A DNA stretch of 64,000 nucleotides from Malacoraja senta. Taxonomy: Eukaryota. Made by a program: the position numbers and the translations under genes. Below are positions 52,785 to 64,000 of the stretch, in pieces. Below the pieces are notes generated by a model. That model was not told the DNA's origin. It worked only from the letters and a program-made list of their open reading frames with translations, and searched no databases. How positions within the stretch are numbered: position 1 is the first letter of the stretch; each line of letters begins with the position of its first letter. Location: NCBI GenBank assembly GCA_038087875.1, contig JAXLNO010000143.1, positions 1 to 64,000 of the forward strand, written 5' to 3'.

Positions 52785-54692
52785 CTGGAGACATCGACAG
52801 CAGAGGGGGAGGGAGAGGTTAACCAGGCAATGCCAATACTGTATGTACACAGACCCAATCTCAATTATACCCTGACACCGACTCTGAACCCACCTGGCAC
52901 CTTGCTCTGTAACCCAACCTTGGCTTGATGCCAACTAGAGAGCGGTCCTGAGCTACCATCTACCTCATTGGAGACCCTCGGACTGTCTTAAATCAGACTT
53001 TAGCTTACACTGAACATTATTCCCTTTATCCTGTATCTGTACACTGTGGATATCTCGATTGTAATCATGTACAGTCTTTCTGCTTGTGGATAGCACGCAA
53101 CAAAAAAGCTTTTCACTGTGCCTCGGCACACGTGACAATACACTAAACTAAAACTAAAAGCGTTAGCACACGGATGATCGTTTTGGGTCTTCTCTTGCAT
53201 CCTGAAACGTCGTCTGTCCATTCCCTCCACAGATGCTGCCTGACCTGCTGAGATCCTCCAACACTTAGACTAACTTGCTTTCTGAATACAAACCAACAAG
53301 CGAGTGGAACGCAGCCAGTCAGGCAGCATCTATGGAGGGAATACAGAGGGTGTTTCAAGATGCAAAAAAAAGGTTCCTGTCCCAAAGCACCACCTGTCCA
53401 TCCCCTCCACAGATGCTGACTGATCCACTGAGTTCCTCCAGCACTTTGTGTTTTGCTTTCTCTTCTTCTCTGCTCTGAGAAAGTCTCTGGCTTGCAAGGT
53501 TACGGTTTCTCCTTCCATAGATGCTGCCTAACAGGCTACGTTTTTTCCCCGCAGAATTTTGTTTTTATTTCAGATTTCTAGCATCTGGATTTTAAATTTG
53601 ACTTTCAATTGCTAATGTAAATGCAAGTAGATCCCCAAAACCCCTCCAAGATTTGAGAATGTTTTCATGTACAACATGTTCTGATTTAATTGAAGAGCAT
53701 GCAAACAAAAGCTTTTCTCTTGAAGAAGGGTTTCAGCCCGAAACGTTGCCTATTTCCTTCGCTCCATAGATGCTGCCGCACCCACTGAGTTTCTCCAGCA
53801 CTTTTGTCTACCTTCGATTTTCCAGCATCTGCAGTTCCTTCTTAATCACTTTTCTCTTTATCTCAGTACACATGACAACATTGAGCCTAGATTCACAGCA
53901 ACAGTTCCTCCAGTGCTTCAACCTGCTTTTGTGCAATAAAAATGTTTCAAGAGTAAACACTGGAATCAGAAAGGGAGAGGTATAGCTGAGCATTTTAAAA
54001 GGACCTATTTCACCCCGCTCATTCTCTCTTCTCCCCATCCCCGTTGGGGAGAAGATAGTGGTGCTTGAAGGTGCGCACCATCAGACTACTTCCCCTCTGT
54101 TATCAGGCTTCTGAACGGTCCTTCCACAAGCGAGGGTACTGTCCGATTCACCTCTACCCCATTGTGGACATTGGACAATGTCTCTGGAACTGATGCGCTA
54201 CAATGCCGAGACTTATATTCTGTACTTTATCTTTCCCTTTGTGTTGTGTCTTCGTGTTTGATATCCTGATAATAAACGACACAATTCAGGTTGTTTCAGT
54301 TGCCTTATTGTACTCCTTTATTCAGCTCCTTTTGTCTGTGTGGCGTAGTAATACTGAAAGTGCTTACATACCTAATCACAGTGTGTGTGTGTGTGTGGTG
54401 AGTGTGCCTGATACAAAGTAGTGCAGGAGGTTGGGACTGCTACAATGAATATGTAGCATATGTAACATCCCCCCTTCTCAAAAGAAAGGAACAAAAATTA
54501 GTGACACTAGAGGATTGCCAGAGCGAGGGTGGCAATCCTGTAGCAGATACCGTGGGATTATTCTGCCCACATTCATGGCATTCTGCTTTCTACTATACTA
54601 CACAACAAAATATATAATGGCAGCTTGTTTTCTTTCAGGTAGTGCGTAGCCAGTCAAGAGTCATGTCTTGGCGTGACTTGTCCCTTCCAGTG

Positions 54693-57600
54693 CTAGCGAT
54701 AACGCGCTGGGGGTAAGATGTTGCTCCTGGATCTAGTAGATCTGGTTGTTGCCTGCAGTGTTGCACTCGATGTATTGGTAACTTGTTGAGTTGTTTCCTG
54801 GCCATTGGTTGGTGCTGGTTGACTATATGACTCACTGGTAGCAGTTTGTGAGAATGTGTTGTCATCAATGGCAGGTGTTGCTGCTGCTGTGGGTGGTGTC
54901 CTAGGAGTTGCTGGTGTTGTCTTTGGAGTTGCAGGTGTTGACATTTCAGGTGTCGGGCGGATGTGAATTCTGTTTCGTCTCAACTGCCTGCCCGGTTCTG
55001 TCTCTATGATATATGATTTTGGGGTTCCAGCCCTGCTAGTGATTTGTGCTGGGGTCCATTTCTTTGTTGTTGGATCCTGAGCATGTACGTTTTGGCCTTG
55101 AAATAGTTCAGGCAAGTACTGTGCATTTTTGTTGTATTGTTTCAGCCCCTCCTCCTGGGCAGCTGCCAATTTTGCCCTTGTTTCTTCTTGGTCGATAGGG
55201 GGTTGGATTTTGCTTGGCAGGGTGGTTTTGTATTTCCTGCCATTTAGCATTTCTGCAGGAGACTTCATGTCAGCCTTTAGTGGAGTTGCCCGTAAGGATA
55301 AAAGTGCCAGGTTTGGATCCTCCTTTGCCTCTCGGCATTTTATTAGTGTTTTCTTGGCTGTCTGTACTTGCCTTTCAATAAACCCATGGCCCTTTGGGTA
55401 ATGTGGTGAAGATGTTGTGATTTTGAACCCGTATTCGGTGGCTAGCTCTCTGAATTCCCGAGATGTGAATTGGGTTCCATTGTCACATACGATCTGCTCA
55501 GGTATTCCTTGCTCTGCAAACAACCCTCTAACAATTGACACAATTGTTTTAGCTTTCAAGTCCTTTACGTTTCTCACAAATGGGAATTTGGAGTAGTAGC
55601 AGGCCATAATCAAATACCATTGCTGGTTCTCTGTGAACAGGTCTGCTCCGATGGTTTGCCATGGCCGGCTTGGGATATCACTGGGTGTCATTTCCTCCTT
55701 CTGTTGTGAATTCCTGTATTTTTTGCATATGTGGCATGTAGATACCAGCTTTTCTATGTCCTTGTACATGCCTATCCAGTACACAGCGGATTTAGCACGG
55801 AGTCTGCACTTTTCCATTCCTAAGTATCCCTGGTGGATCTTTTCGAGGATTTCTTTTTTCATGGACTTGGGTATGATGATTCGTGATCCGGCCATCAGGA
55901 CTCCATTCTCTACCGAAATATCATCACGGATGGTCCAGTATTCGCGGAGGAGAGGCTGAACTTGTTGTCTCTTTTCTGGCCACCCCTGTATTACCATTTG
56001 GGTGAGGAGCTGGAGTTCTTCATCTCTGGCTGTTTCCTCTTTGATCTGTTCCAGCTTCACGCTTGTCACACTCACAATGTGGTGGATCTTTATGCTCAGC
56101 CCTTCCATCTCTTGTTTGTCATGTGTTGATAGTCTGGATAGGGCGTCAGCTAGCAGCAGGTCTTTTCCTGGCTTGTATCTGATGTTGTAGTCGTAGTGCT
56201 GTAGCCTCAGTAATAGTCTCTGTAGTCTGGCTGGTGCTTTGGTGAGGTTTTTTTTTCCGATTTGTTCTAGAGGGCGGTGGTCTGTTTCAATGTCGAAATA
56301 CCTTCCATATAGGTAAGTGTGAAATTTCTCGCAGCCATAGACTACTGCTAAGAGTTCTCTCTCTATGTTTGCGTACCTTGATTCTGTAGGAGTGAGTGCT
56401 TTGGATGCATACGCAATAGGTCGGCCATTTTGTATCAGTACTGCTCCAACTCCTCTCATGGAGGCATCAACTTGGAGTGTTACAGGTTTCTGTCTGTCAT
56501 AGTACTGCAGGATCGTTTCTTTGCTGATGAGTTGTTTTATTTTCCCAAAATCTTGGCTATGTGAAGCACACCAATCAAATTCAGCGTCGTCTTTCATCAA
56601 TTCACGGAGATTTGCTGTGTGATTAGCAAGCTTAGGTATGAAGGCTCCCATGTATTGTATGAGCCCTAGGAAACTTCTTAGCTGTTTCTTGTCTTTGGGT
56701 TCCTCCATGTGGTTGATAGCATCCACTTTTGTAGGGTCCGGTTTCACTCCTTCTGCAGAGTAAATCAGTCCAAAGAATTTGCACTCCCTTTCTTTGATTA
56801 TGCATTTGTCTGCATTGAGCTTTATGCCGGCTCTTCGAGTTTTTTCCATAGCCTCATGGAGGTTGTAATCATGCGTGTTTTCATCTCTGCCGTATACTTG
56901 GATATCATCTGCTATCCCGATTGCCCCTTTACAGCCTTTGTATGTTTCATCTATTTTCCGCTGGAAGACATCTTGACTCACCTTCAGCCCGAATGGGAGC
57001 CTGTTGAATCTGAATCTGCCAAATGGCGTGTTGAAAGTGGTGAGCATTGATGACTTTCGGTCTATTTTGATGTTCCAATATCCATTGCTAGCATCCAGCT
57101 TGCTGAACACCTTGGAACCGGCCAGTGCTGGTGTGATCTCTTCAAGGGTTGGAGTTGGATAATAGTCGCGCTTCAATGCATTGTTCAGATCCCTGGGATC
57201 AAGGCATATCCTTAGTTTTCCGTTTGGCTTTTCTTTGATAACAATTGAATTTACCCAATCAGTTGGTTTAGTTATTGCTGTGATGATGCCCTTTTTTTCC
57301 ATTTCGTTTAGTTGTTCCCTTAGCCTCTCTTTCAGTTCAAGGGGAACACGGCGGGGTGGGTGGATCACTGGTTTCACACTGGGGTCTACTGTGATATGGT
57401 ATTCGTATTCCTCAAAACAACCAACGGTATCGTCAAAACACTCTGGGTACATGTCCATCAATTCTTCTTTGTTCCTGATGGGCGGCCGGTTTTTGATGGG
57501 TATGTTTCTGTCAATTCTGCAGGAGTTTGTCTTGATTTCATGGTTGATTGACACAATCTTCAGTCTTTGGCACGTGTTCAGGCCGAGAATAGCAGGTCCT

Positions 57601-58883
57601 TTCGATTTAGTGATGTAGAAGGGGCATTTCACTTCTTTCCCTTTGTATGTTCCTGCTATGATTGTTTTGCCTAGCTGTGGGATTATGGAACCTCCGTATG
57701 CAGCTAGGACTACATCGCTACTTCCAAGGATTCCTTTCCTGACGCTGCCATCTTTTGTCATGTGTTCAGGGAATATCTTTCCGTAAAGATTGACTGGTAA
57801 GATATTGCTCTGGGCTCCAGTATCAATTTTGAGCCTTAGATTAATCGTTGTTCTTTTCTTTCCCACTTTTTTCTGTAGTTGTATTATAGTATATGCTTCA
57901 TCTCTGTTGCTATGTGGTTTGTTGTTTCCCATTTCGTGGACGTCAATGGTCCCAACGGAAAGGAATTCTTCCTCAGAGGTATCTGAGGTTATCTCCTCTT
58001 CCTGTTGGACGTGTGCGTGTATTTGTTTCCTTCTCGTATTTCTATCGTTCTTTGACCATTGCTGCTTTGGCTTGGTGCTGTATGATTTTGTTGACCTACA
58101 CATTTTCTTCCAGTGGTTAGGCCTCCCACAGGATTTGCAGGTAGTCCCGTATGCTGGGCACTCCCTGCGATCATCAAATGCATGCTCTGTACCGCAGTTC
58201 CAGCAGCTTCTTTGGCTTGCTTGTTTGTTTGCATGCCTAGAAAATGTCTGCTTTGGAGCCTTTAAGGTGGAGCCAGGGTCACGTTTTGAGAGAGCGTCTA
58301 TATTCACTCTGGTGCTGCTCTGAGATGAGCCAACTTGAAGGCAGAGGGAGGACATTTGTTTCCTTGTGGCTTCGAAAGCTCTGGCAGCATCTACGGCGTC
58401 TTTTAGGTTGAGGGTGTCTTTCCCTATTAGGGACTTTTGGACCTCTTGGTGGGCGCACCCCCATATTAGCTGGTCGACAATTCTGTCATCTTCATCACCA
58501 AATCTGCATTTCTTGGCCACGTTCCTTAGTCTCGACAGGAAAGTGTCGGTTGTTTCTTGTGGGTCTTGTCTTAGACCTTGGAACTCATACCGATGGATTC
58601 TGTGGTTTGATTTGGGCTCCATATGGTTCGCAAACCTTTCAAGGACTATTCCCGGATTATTGCAGTCGGGCTCTGTTAAGCTCCAACTGTTAAAAATGTC
58701 TAGACCCTTCTCCCCGAGCCATAGTAAAATATAACTGACCTTCTCTTCATCTGCAGTTCCTTTCAGGAAGCTTTTGAATGCCAGCTGGCTCTTTTGTTTG
58801 AATTTCTTGAACGCCTCCACCACATCATCGGCGTCCCAGTTCATCGTAGGGTGGAGGCTCATTGCTGCTGTGGAGGCCGCCAT
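54693..58883 (-). CDS. Gypsy gag-pol polyprotein, 1396 aa, open frame
   Basis: Zinc knuckle CKSCGRPNHWKKMC, protease IDTGA, RT (LDASNGYW, IADDI), RNase H (VDAS, TDHRPL) and integrase (GADLF, CDNG, IER) in Gypsy order. Confidence 0.95.
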   Translation of the reverse strand: MAASTAAMSLHPTMNWDADDVVEAFKKFKQKSQLAFKSFLKGTADEEKVSYILLWLGEKGLDIFNSWSLTEPDCNNPGIVLERFANHMEPKSNHRIHRYEFQGLRQDPQETTDTFLSRLRNVAKKCRFGDEDDRIVDQLIWGCAHQEVQKSLIGKDTLNLKDAVDAARAFEATRKQMSSLCLQVGSSQSSTRVNIDALSKRDPGSTLKAPKQTFSRHANKQASQRSCWNCGTEHAFDDRRECPAYGTTCKSCGRPNHWKKMCRSTKSYSTKPKQQWSKNDRNTRRKQIHAHVQQEEEITSDTSEEEFLSVGTIDVHEMGNNKPHSNRDEAYTIIQLQKKVGKKRTTINLRLKIDTGAQSNILPVNLYGKIFPEHMTKDGSVRKGILGSSDVVLAAYGGSIIPQLGKTIIAGTYKGKEVKCPFYITKSKGPAILGLNTCQRLKIVSINHEIKTNSCRIDRNIPIKNRPPIRNKEELMDMYPECFDDTVGCFEEYEYHITVDPSVKPVIHPPRRVPLELKERLREQLNEMEKKGIITAITKPTDWVNSIVIKEKPNGKLRICLDPRDLNNALKRDYYPTPTLEEITPALAGSKVFSKLDASNGYWNIKIDRKSSMLTTFNTPFGRFRFNRLPFGLKVSQDVFQRKIDETYKGCKGAIGIADDIQVYGRDENTHDYNLHEAMEKTRRAGIKLNADKCIIKERECKFFGLIYSAEGVKPDPTKVDAINHMEEPKDKKQLRSFLGLIQYMGAFIPKLANHTANLRELMKDDAEFDWCASHSQDFGKIKQLISKETILQYYDRQKPVTLQVDASMRGVGAVLIQNGRPIAYASKALTPTESRYANIERELLAVVYGCEKFHTYLYGRYFDIETDHRPLEQIGKKNLTKAPARLQRLLLRLQHYDYNIRYKPGKDLLLADALSRLSTHDKQEMEGLSIKIHHIVSVTSVKLEQIKEETARDEELQLLTQMVIQGWPEKRQQVQPLLREYWTIRDDISVENGVLMAGSRIIIPKSMKKEILEKIHQGYLGMEKCRLRAKSAVYWIGMYKDIEKLVSTCHICKKYRNSQQKEEMTPSDIPSRPWQTIGADLFTENQQWYLIMACYYSKFPFVRNVKDLKAKTIVSIVRGLFAEQGIPEQIVCDNGTQFTSREFRELATEYGFKITTSSPHYPKGHGFIERQVQTAKKTLIKCREAKEDPNLALLSLRATPLKADMKSPAEMLNGRKYKTTLPSKIQPPIDQEETRAKLAAAQEEGLKQYNKNAQYLPELFQGQNVHAQDPTTKKWTPAQITSRAGTPKSYIIETEPGRQLRRNRIHIRPTPEMSTPATPKTTPATPRTPPTAAATPAIDDNTFSQTATSESYSQPAPTNGQETTQQVTNTSSATLQATTRSTRSRSNILPPARYR

Positions 58884-59451
58884 CTTGTGTTGTTAGGCGG
58901 GTGCACAAAAAAATCAATTTCTCTGCAGCCGCTGTTCCTAATTCCCAATAGCGATTCACAATAGCGCGGTTTTTTTTTACTCGAAAGTCACCGCTGCCAC
59001 CATGTTGTGTCTTCGTGTTTGATATCCTGATAATAAACGACACAATTCAGGTTGTTTCAGTTGCCTTATTGTACTCCTTTATTCAGCTCCTTTTGTCTGT
59101 GTGGCGTAGTAATACTGAAAGTGCTTACATACCTAATCACAGTGTGTGTGTGTGTGGTGAGTGTGCCTGATACAAAGTAGTGCAGGAGGTTGGGACTGCT
59201 ACAATGAATATGTAGCATATGTAACATCCCCCCTTCTCAAAAGAAAGGAACAAAAATTAGTGACACTAGAGGATTGCCAGAGCGAGGGTGGCAATCCTGT
59301 AGCAGATACCGTGGGATTATTCTGCCCACATTCATGGCATTCTGCTTTCTACTATACTACACAACAAAATATATAATGGCAGCTTGTTTTCTTTCAGGTA
59401 GTGCGTAGCCAGTCAAGAGTCATGTCTTGGCGTGACTTGTCCCTTCCAGTG

Positions 59452-62400
59452 CTAGCGATAACGCGCTTGGGGGTAAGATGTTGCTCCTGGATCTAGTAGA
59501 TCTGGTTGTTGCCTGCAGTGTTGCACTCGATGTATTGGTAACTTGTTGAGTTGTTTCCTGGCCATTGGTTGGTGCTGGTTGACTATATGACTCACTGGTA
59601 GCAGTTTGTGAGAATGTGTTGTCATCAATGGCAGGTGTTGCTGCTGCTGTGGGTGGTGTCCTAGGAGTTGCTGGTGTTGTCTTTGGAGTTGCAGGTGTTG
59701 ACATTTCAGGTGTCGGGCGGATGTGAATTCTGTTTCGTCTCAACTGCCTGCCCGGTTCTGTCTCTATGATATATGATTTTGGGGTTCCAGCCCTGCTAGT
59801 GATTTGTGCTGGGGTCCATTTCTTTGTTGTTGGATCCTGAGCATGTACGTTTTGGCCTTGAAATAGTTCAGGCAAGTACTGTGCATTTTTGTTGTATTGT
59901 TTCAGCCCCTCCTCCTGGGCAGCTGCCAATTTTGCCCTTGTTTCTTCTTGGTCGATAGGGGGTTGGATTTTGCTTGGCAGGGTGGTTTTGTATTTCCTGC
60001 CATTTAGCATTTCTGCAGGAGACTTCATGTCAGCCTTTAGTGGAGTTGCCCGTAAGGATAAAAGTGCCAGGTTTGGATCCTCCTTTGCCTCTCGGCATTT
60101 TATTAGTGTTTTCTTGGCTGTCTGTACTTGCCTTTCAATAAACCCATGGCCCTTTGGGTAATGTGGTGAAGATGTTGTGATTTTGAACCCGTATTCGGTG
60201 GCTAGCTCTCTGAATTCCCGAGATGTGAATTGGGTTCCATTGTCACATACGATCTGCTCAGGTATTCCTTGCTCTGCAAACAACCCTCTAACAATTGACA
60301 CAATTGTTTTAGCTTTCAAGTCCTTTACGTTTCTCACAAATGGGAATTTGGAGTAGTAGCAGGCCATAATCAAATACCATTGCTGGTTCTCTGTGAACAG
60401 GTCTGCTCCGATGGTTTGCCATGGCCGGCTTGGGATATCACTGGGTGTCATTTCCTCCTTCTGTTGTGAATTCCTGTATTTTTTGCATATGTGGCATGTA
60501 GATACCAGCTTTTCTATGTCCTTGTACATGCCTATCCAGTACACAGCGGATTTAGCACGGAGTCTGCACTTTTCCATTCCTAAGTGTCCCTGGTGGATCT
60601 TTTCGAGGATTTCTTTTTTCATGGACTTGGGTATGATGATTCGTGATCCGGCCATCAGGACTCCATTCTCTACCGAAATATCATCACGGATGGTCCAGTA
60701 TTCGCGGAGGAGAGGCTGAACTTGTTGTCTCTTTTCTGGCCACCCCTGTATTACCATTTGGGTGAGGAGCTGGAGTTCTTCATCTCTGGCTGTTTCCTCT
60801 TTGATCTGTTCCAGCTTCACGCTTGTCACACTCACAATGTGGTGGATCTTTATGCTCAGCCCTTCCATCTCTTGTTTGTCATGTGTTGATAGTCTGGATA
60901 GGACGTCAGCTAGCAGCAGGTCTTTTCCTGGCTTGTATCTGATGTTGTAGTCGTAGTGCTGTAGCCTCAGTAATAGTCTCTGTAGTCTGGCTGGTGCTTT
61001 GGTGAGGTTTTTTTTTCCGATTTGTTCTAGAGGGCGGTGGTCTGTTTCAATGTCGAAATACCTTCCATATAGGTAAGTGTGAAATTTCTCGCAGCCATAG
61101 ACTACTGCTAAGAGTTCTCTCTCTATGTTTGCGTACCTTGATTCTGTAGGAGTGAGTGCTTTGGATGCATACGCAATAGGTCGGCCATTTTGTATCAGTA
61201 CTGCTCCAACTCCTCTCATGGAGGCATCAACTTGGAGTGTTACAGGTTTCTGTCTGTCATAGTACTGCAGGATCGTTTCTTTGCTGATGAGTTGTTTTAT
61301 TTTCCCAAATCTTGGCTATGTGAAGCACACCAATCAAATTCAGCGTCGTCTTTCATCAATTCACGGAGATTTGCTGTGTGATTAGCAAGCTTAGGTATGA
61401 AGGCTCCCATGTATTGTATGAGCCCTAGGAAACTTCTTAGCTGTTTCTTGTCTTTGGGTTCCTCCATGTGGTTGATAGCATCCACTTTTGTAGGGTCCGG
61501 TTTCACTCCTTCTGCAGAGTAAATCAGTCCAAAGAATTTGCACTCCCTTTCTTTGATTATGCATTTGTCTGCATTGAGCTTTATGCCGGCTCTTCGAGTT
61601 TTTTCCATAGCCTCATGGAGGTTGTAATCATGCGTGTTTTCATCTCTGCCGTATACTTGGATATCATCTGCTATCCCGATTGCCCCTTTACAGCCTTTGT
61701 ATGTTTCATCTATTTTCCACTGGAAGACATCTTGACTCACCTTCAGCCCGAATGGGAGCCTGTTGAATCTGAATCTGCCAAATGGCGTGTTGAAAGTGGT
61801 GAGCATTGATGACTTTCGGTCTATTTTGATGTTCCAATATCCATTGCTAGCATCCAGCTTGCTGAACACCTTGGAACCGGCCAGTGCTGGTGTGATCTCT
61901 TCAAGGGTTGGAGTTGGATAATGGTCGCGCTTCAATGCATTGTTCAGATCCCTGGGATCAAGGCATATCCTTAGTTTTCCGTTTGGCTTTTCTTTGATAA
62001 CAATTGAATTTACCCAATCAGTTGGTTTAGTTATTGCTGTGATGATGCCCTTTTTTTCCATTTCGTTTAGTTGTTCCCTTAGCCTCTCTTTCAGTTCAAG
62101 GGGAACACGGCGGGGTGGGTGGATCACTGGTTTCACACTGGGGTCTACTGTGATATGGTATTCGTATTCCTCAAAACAACCAACGGTATCGTCAAAACAC
62201 TCTGGGTACATGTCCATCAATTCTTCTTTGTTCCTGATGGGCGGCCGGTTTTTGATGGGTATGTTTCTGTCAATTCTGCAGGAGTTTGTCTTGATTTCAT
62301 GGTTGATTGACACAATCTTCAGTCTTTGGCACGTGTTCAGGCCGAGAATAGCAGGTCCTTTCGATTTAGTGATGTAGAAGGGGCATTTCACTTCTTTCCC

Positions 62401-63643
62401 TTTGTATGTTCCTGCTATGATTGTTTTGCCTAGCTGTGGGATTATGGAACCTCCGTATGCAGCTAGGACTACATCGCTACTTCCAAGGATTCCTTTCCTG
62501 ACGCTGCCATCTTTTGTCATGTGTTCAGGGAATATCTTTCCGTAAAGATTGACTGGTAAGATATTGCTCTGGGCTCCAGTATCAATTTTGAGCCTTAGAT
62601 TAATCGTTGTTCTTTTCTTTCCCACTTTTTTCTGTAGTTGTATTATAGTATATGCTTCATCTCTGTTGCTATGTGGTTTGTTGTTTCCCATTTCGTGGAC
62701 GTCAATGGTCCCAACGGAAAGGGATTCTTCCTCAGAGGTATCTGAGGTTATCTCCTCTTCCTGTTGGACGTGTGCGTGTATTTGTTTCCTTCTCGTATTT
62801 CTATCGTTCTTTGACCATTGCTGCTTTGGCTTGGTGCTGTATGATTTTGTTGACCTACACATTTTCTTCCAGTGGTTAGGCCTCCCACAGGATTTGCAGG
62901 TAGTCCCGTATGCTGGGCACTCCCTGCGATCATCAAATGCATGCTCTGTACCGCAGTTCCAGCAGCTTCTTTGGCTTGCTTGTTTGTTTGCATGCCTAGA
63001 AAATGTCTGCTTTGGAGCCTTTAAGGTGGAGCCAGGGTCACGTTTTGAGAGAGCGTCTATATTCACTCTGGTGCTGCTCTGAGATGAGCCAACTTGAAGG
63101 CAGAGGGAGGACATTTGTTTCCTTGTGGCTTCGAAAGCTCTGGCAGCATCTACGGCGTCTTTTAGGTTGAGGGTGTCTTTCCCTATTAGGGACTTTTGGA
63201 CCTCTTTGGTGGGCGCACCCCCATATTAGCTGGTCGACAATTCTGTCATCTTCATCACCAAATCTGCATTTCTTGGCCACGTTCCTTAGTCTCGACAGGA
63301 AAGTGTCGGTTGTTTCTTGTGGGTCTTGTCTTAGCCCTTGGAACTCATACCGATGGATTCTGTGGTTTGATTTGGGCTCCATATGGTTCGCAAACCTTTC
63401 AAGGACTATTCCCGGATTATTGCAGTCGGGCTCTGTTAAGCTCCAACTGTTAAAAATGTCTAGACCCTTCTCCCCGAGCCATAGTAAAATATAACTGACC
63501 TTCTCTTCATCTGCAGTTCCTTTCAGGAAGCTTTTGAATGCCAGCTGGCTCTTTTGTTTGAATTTCTTGAACGCCTCCACCACATCATCGGCGTCCCAGT
63601 TCATCGTAGGGTGGAGGCTCATTGCTGCTGTGGAGGCCGCCAT
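59452..63643 (-). pseudogene. Second gag-pol copy broken by three single-base indels (about 63205, 61308, 59468)
   Basis: Near-identical to the first copy; the ORF track splits it into 201, 605 and 599 aa pieces. Confidence 0.85.
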
Positions 63644-64000
63644 CTTGTGTTGTTAGGCGGGTGCACAAAAAAATCAATTTCTCTGCAGCCGCTGTTCCTA
63701 ATTCCCAATAGCGATTCACAATAGCGCGGTTTTTTTTTACTCGAAAGTCACCGCTGCCACCATGTTGTGTCTTCGTGTTTGATATCCTGATAATAAACGA
63801 CACAATTCAGGTTGTTTCAGTTGCCTTATTGTACTCCTTTATTCAGCTCCTTTTGTCTGTGTGGCGTAGTAATACTGAAAGTGCTTACATACCTAATCAC
63901 AGTGTGTGTGTGTGTGGTGAGTGTGCCTGATACAAAGTAGTGCAGGAGGTTGGGACTGCTACAATGAATATGTAGCATATGTAACACTTTGCTCTACCTA

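Larger units (their letters stand above)
54242..63986 (-). mobile_element. Tandem Gypsy/Ty3 dimer, LTR-internal-LTR-internal-LTR
   Basis: LTRs at 54242-54467, 59003-59226 and 63763-63986 (TG..CA); a single TSD CTTTG at 54237-54241 and 63987-63991; PBS TGGTGGCAGCGGTG (tRNA-Leu AAG/TAG type) and a polypurine tract in each unit. Confidence 0.97.

Noticed and set aside
55129..63494. Plus-strand ORFs inside the Gypsy units
   Set aside because: Antisense shadows of gag-pol; their duplication only reflects the tandem.

Overview
This is eukaryotic, repeat-saturated DNA, probably from a cartilaginous fish such as a skate or ray (inferred from the CR1/HE1-type SINE/Penelope composition). No bacterial genes, rRNA, true tRNA genes or CRISPR arrays were found. 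The main structures are: (1) a four-level nest at 8.1-14.4 kb, where an old Gypsy element is split by a 5.4-kb TIR element with an 8-bp TSD and a spliced THAP remnant (P-like), which holds a Tc1, which in turn holds a GC-rich retroposon; (2) a Harbinger-like non-autonomous element at 14.5-17.2 kb; (3) a structurally complete but stop-interrupted DIRS element inserted in a CR1 LINE through a shared ATT core (23.4-28.3 kb); (4) a ~10-kb inverted duplication (30.7-40.7 kb) centred on a ~320-bp CpG-rich, promoter-like spacer; (5) a SWIM-domain ISL2EU/Kolobok-type remnant split by a second GC-rich retroposon; (6) a 601-bp MITE and a 32-bp micro-element with the same P-like ends; (7) a near full-length Rex1/Babar LINE; (8) one candidate host terminal exon; (9) a very young three-LTR tandem Gypsy dimer inside a single 5-bp TSD (54.2-64.0 kb). 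Many Penelope-type minimal hammerhead motifs are scattered across the window. All family names come from motif recognition by eye, not from database searches.
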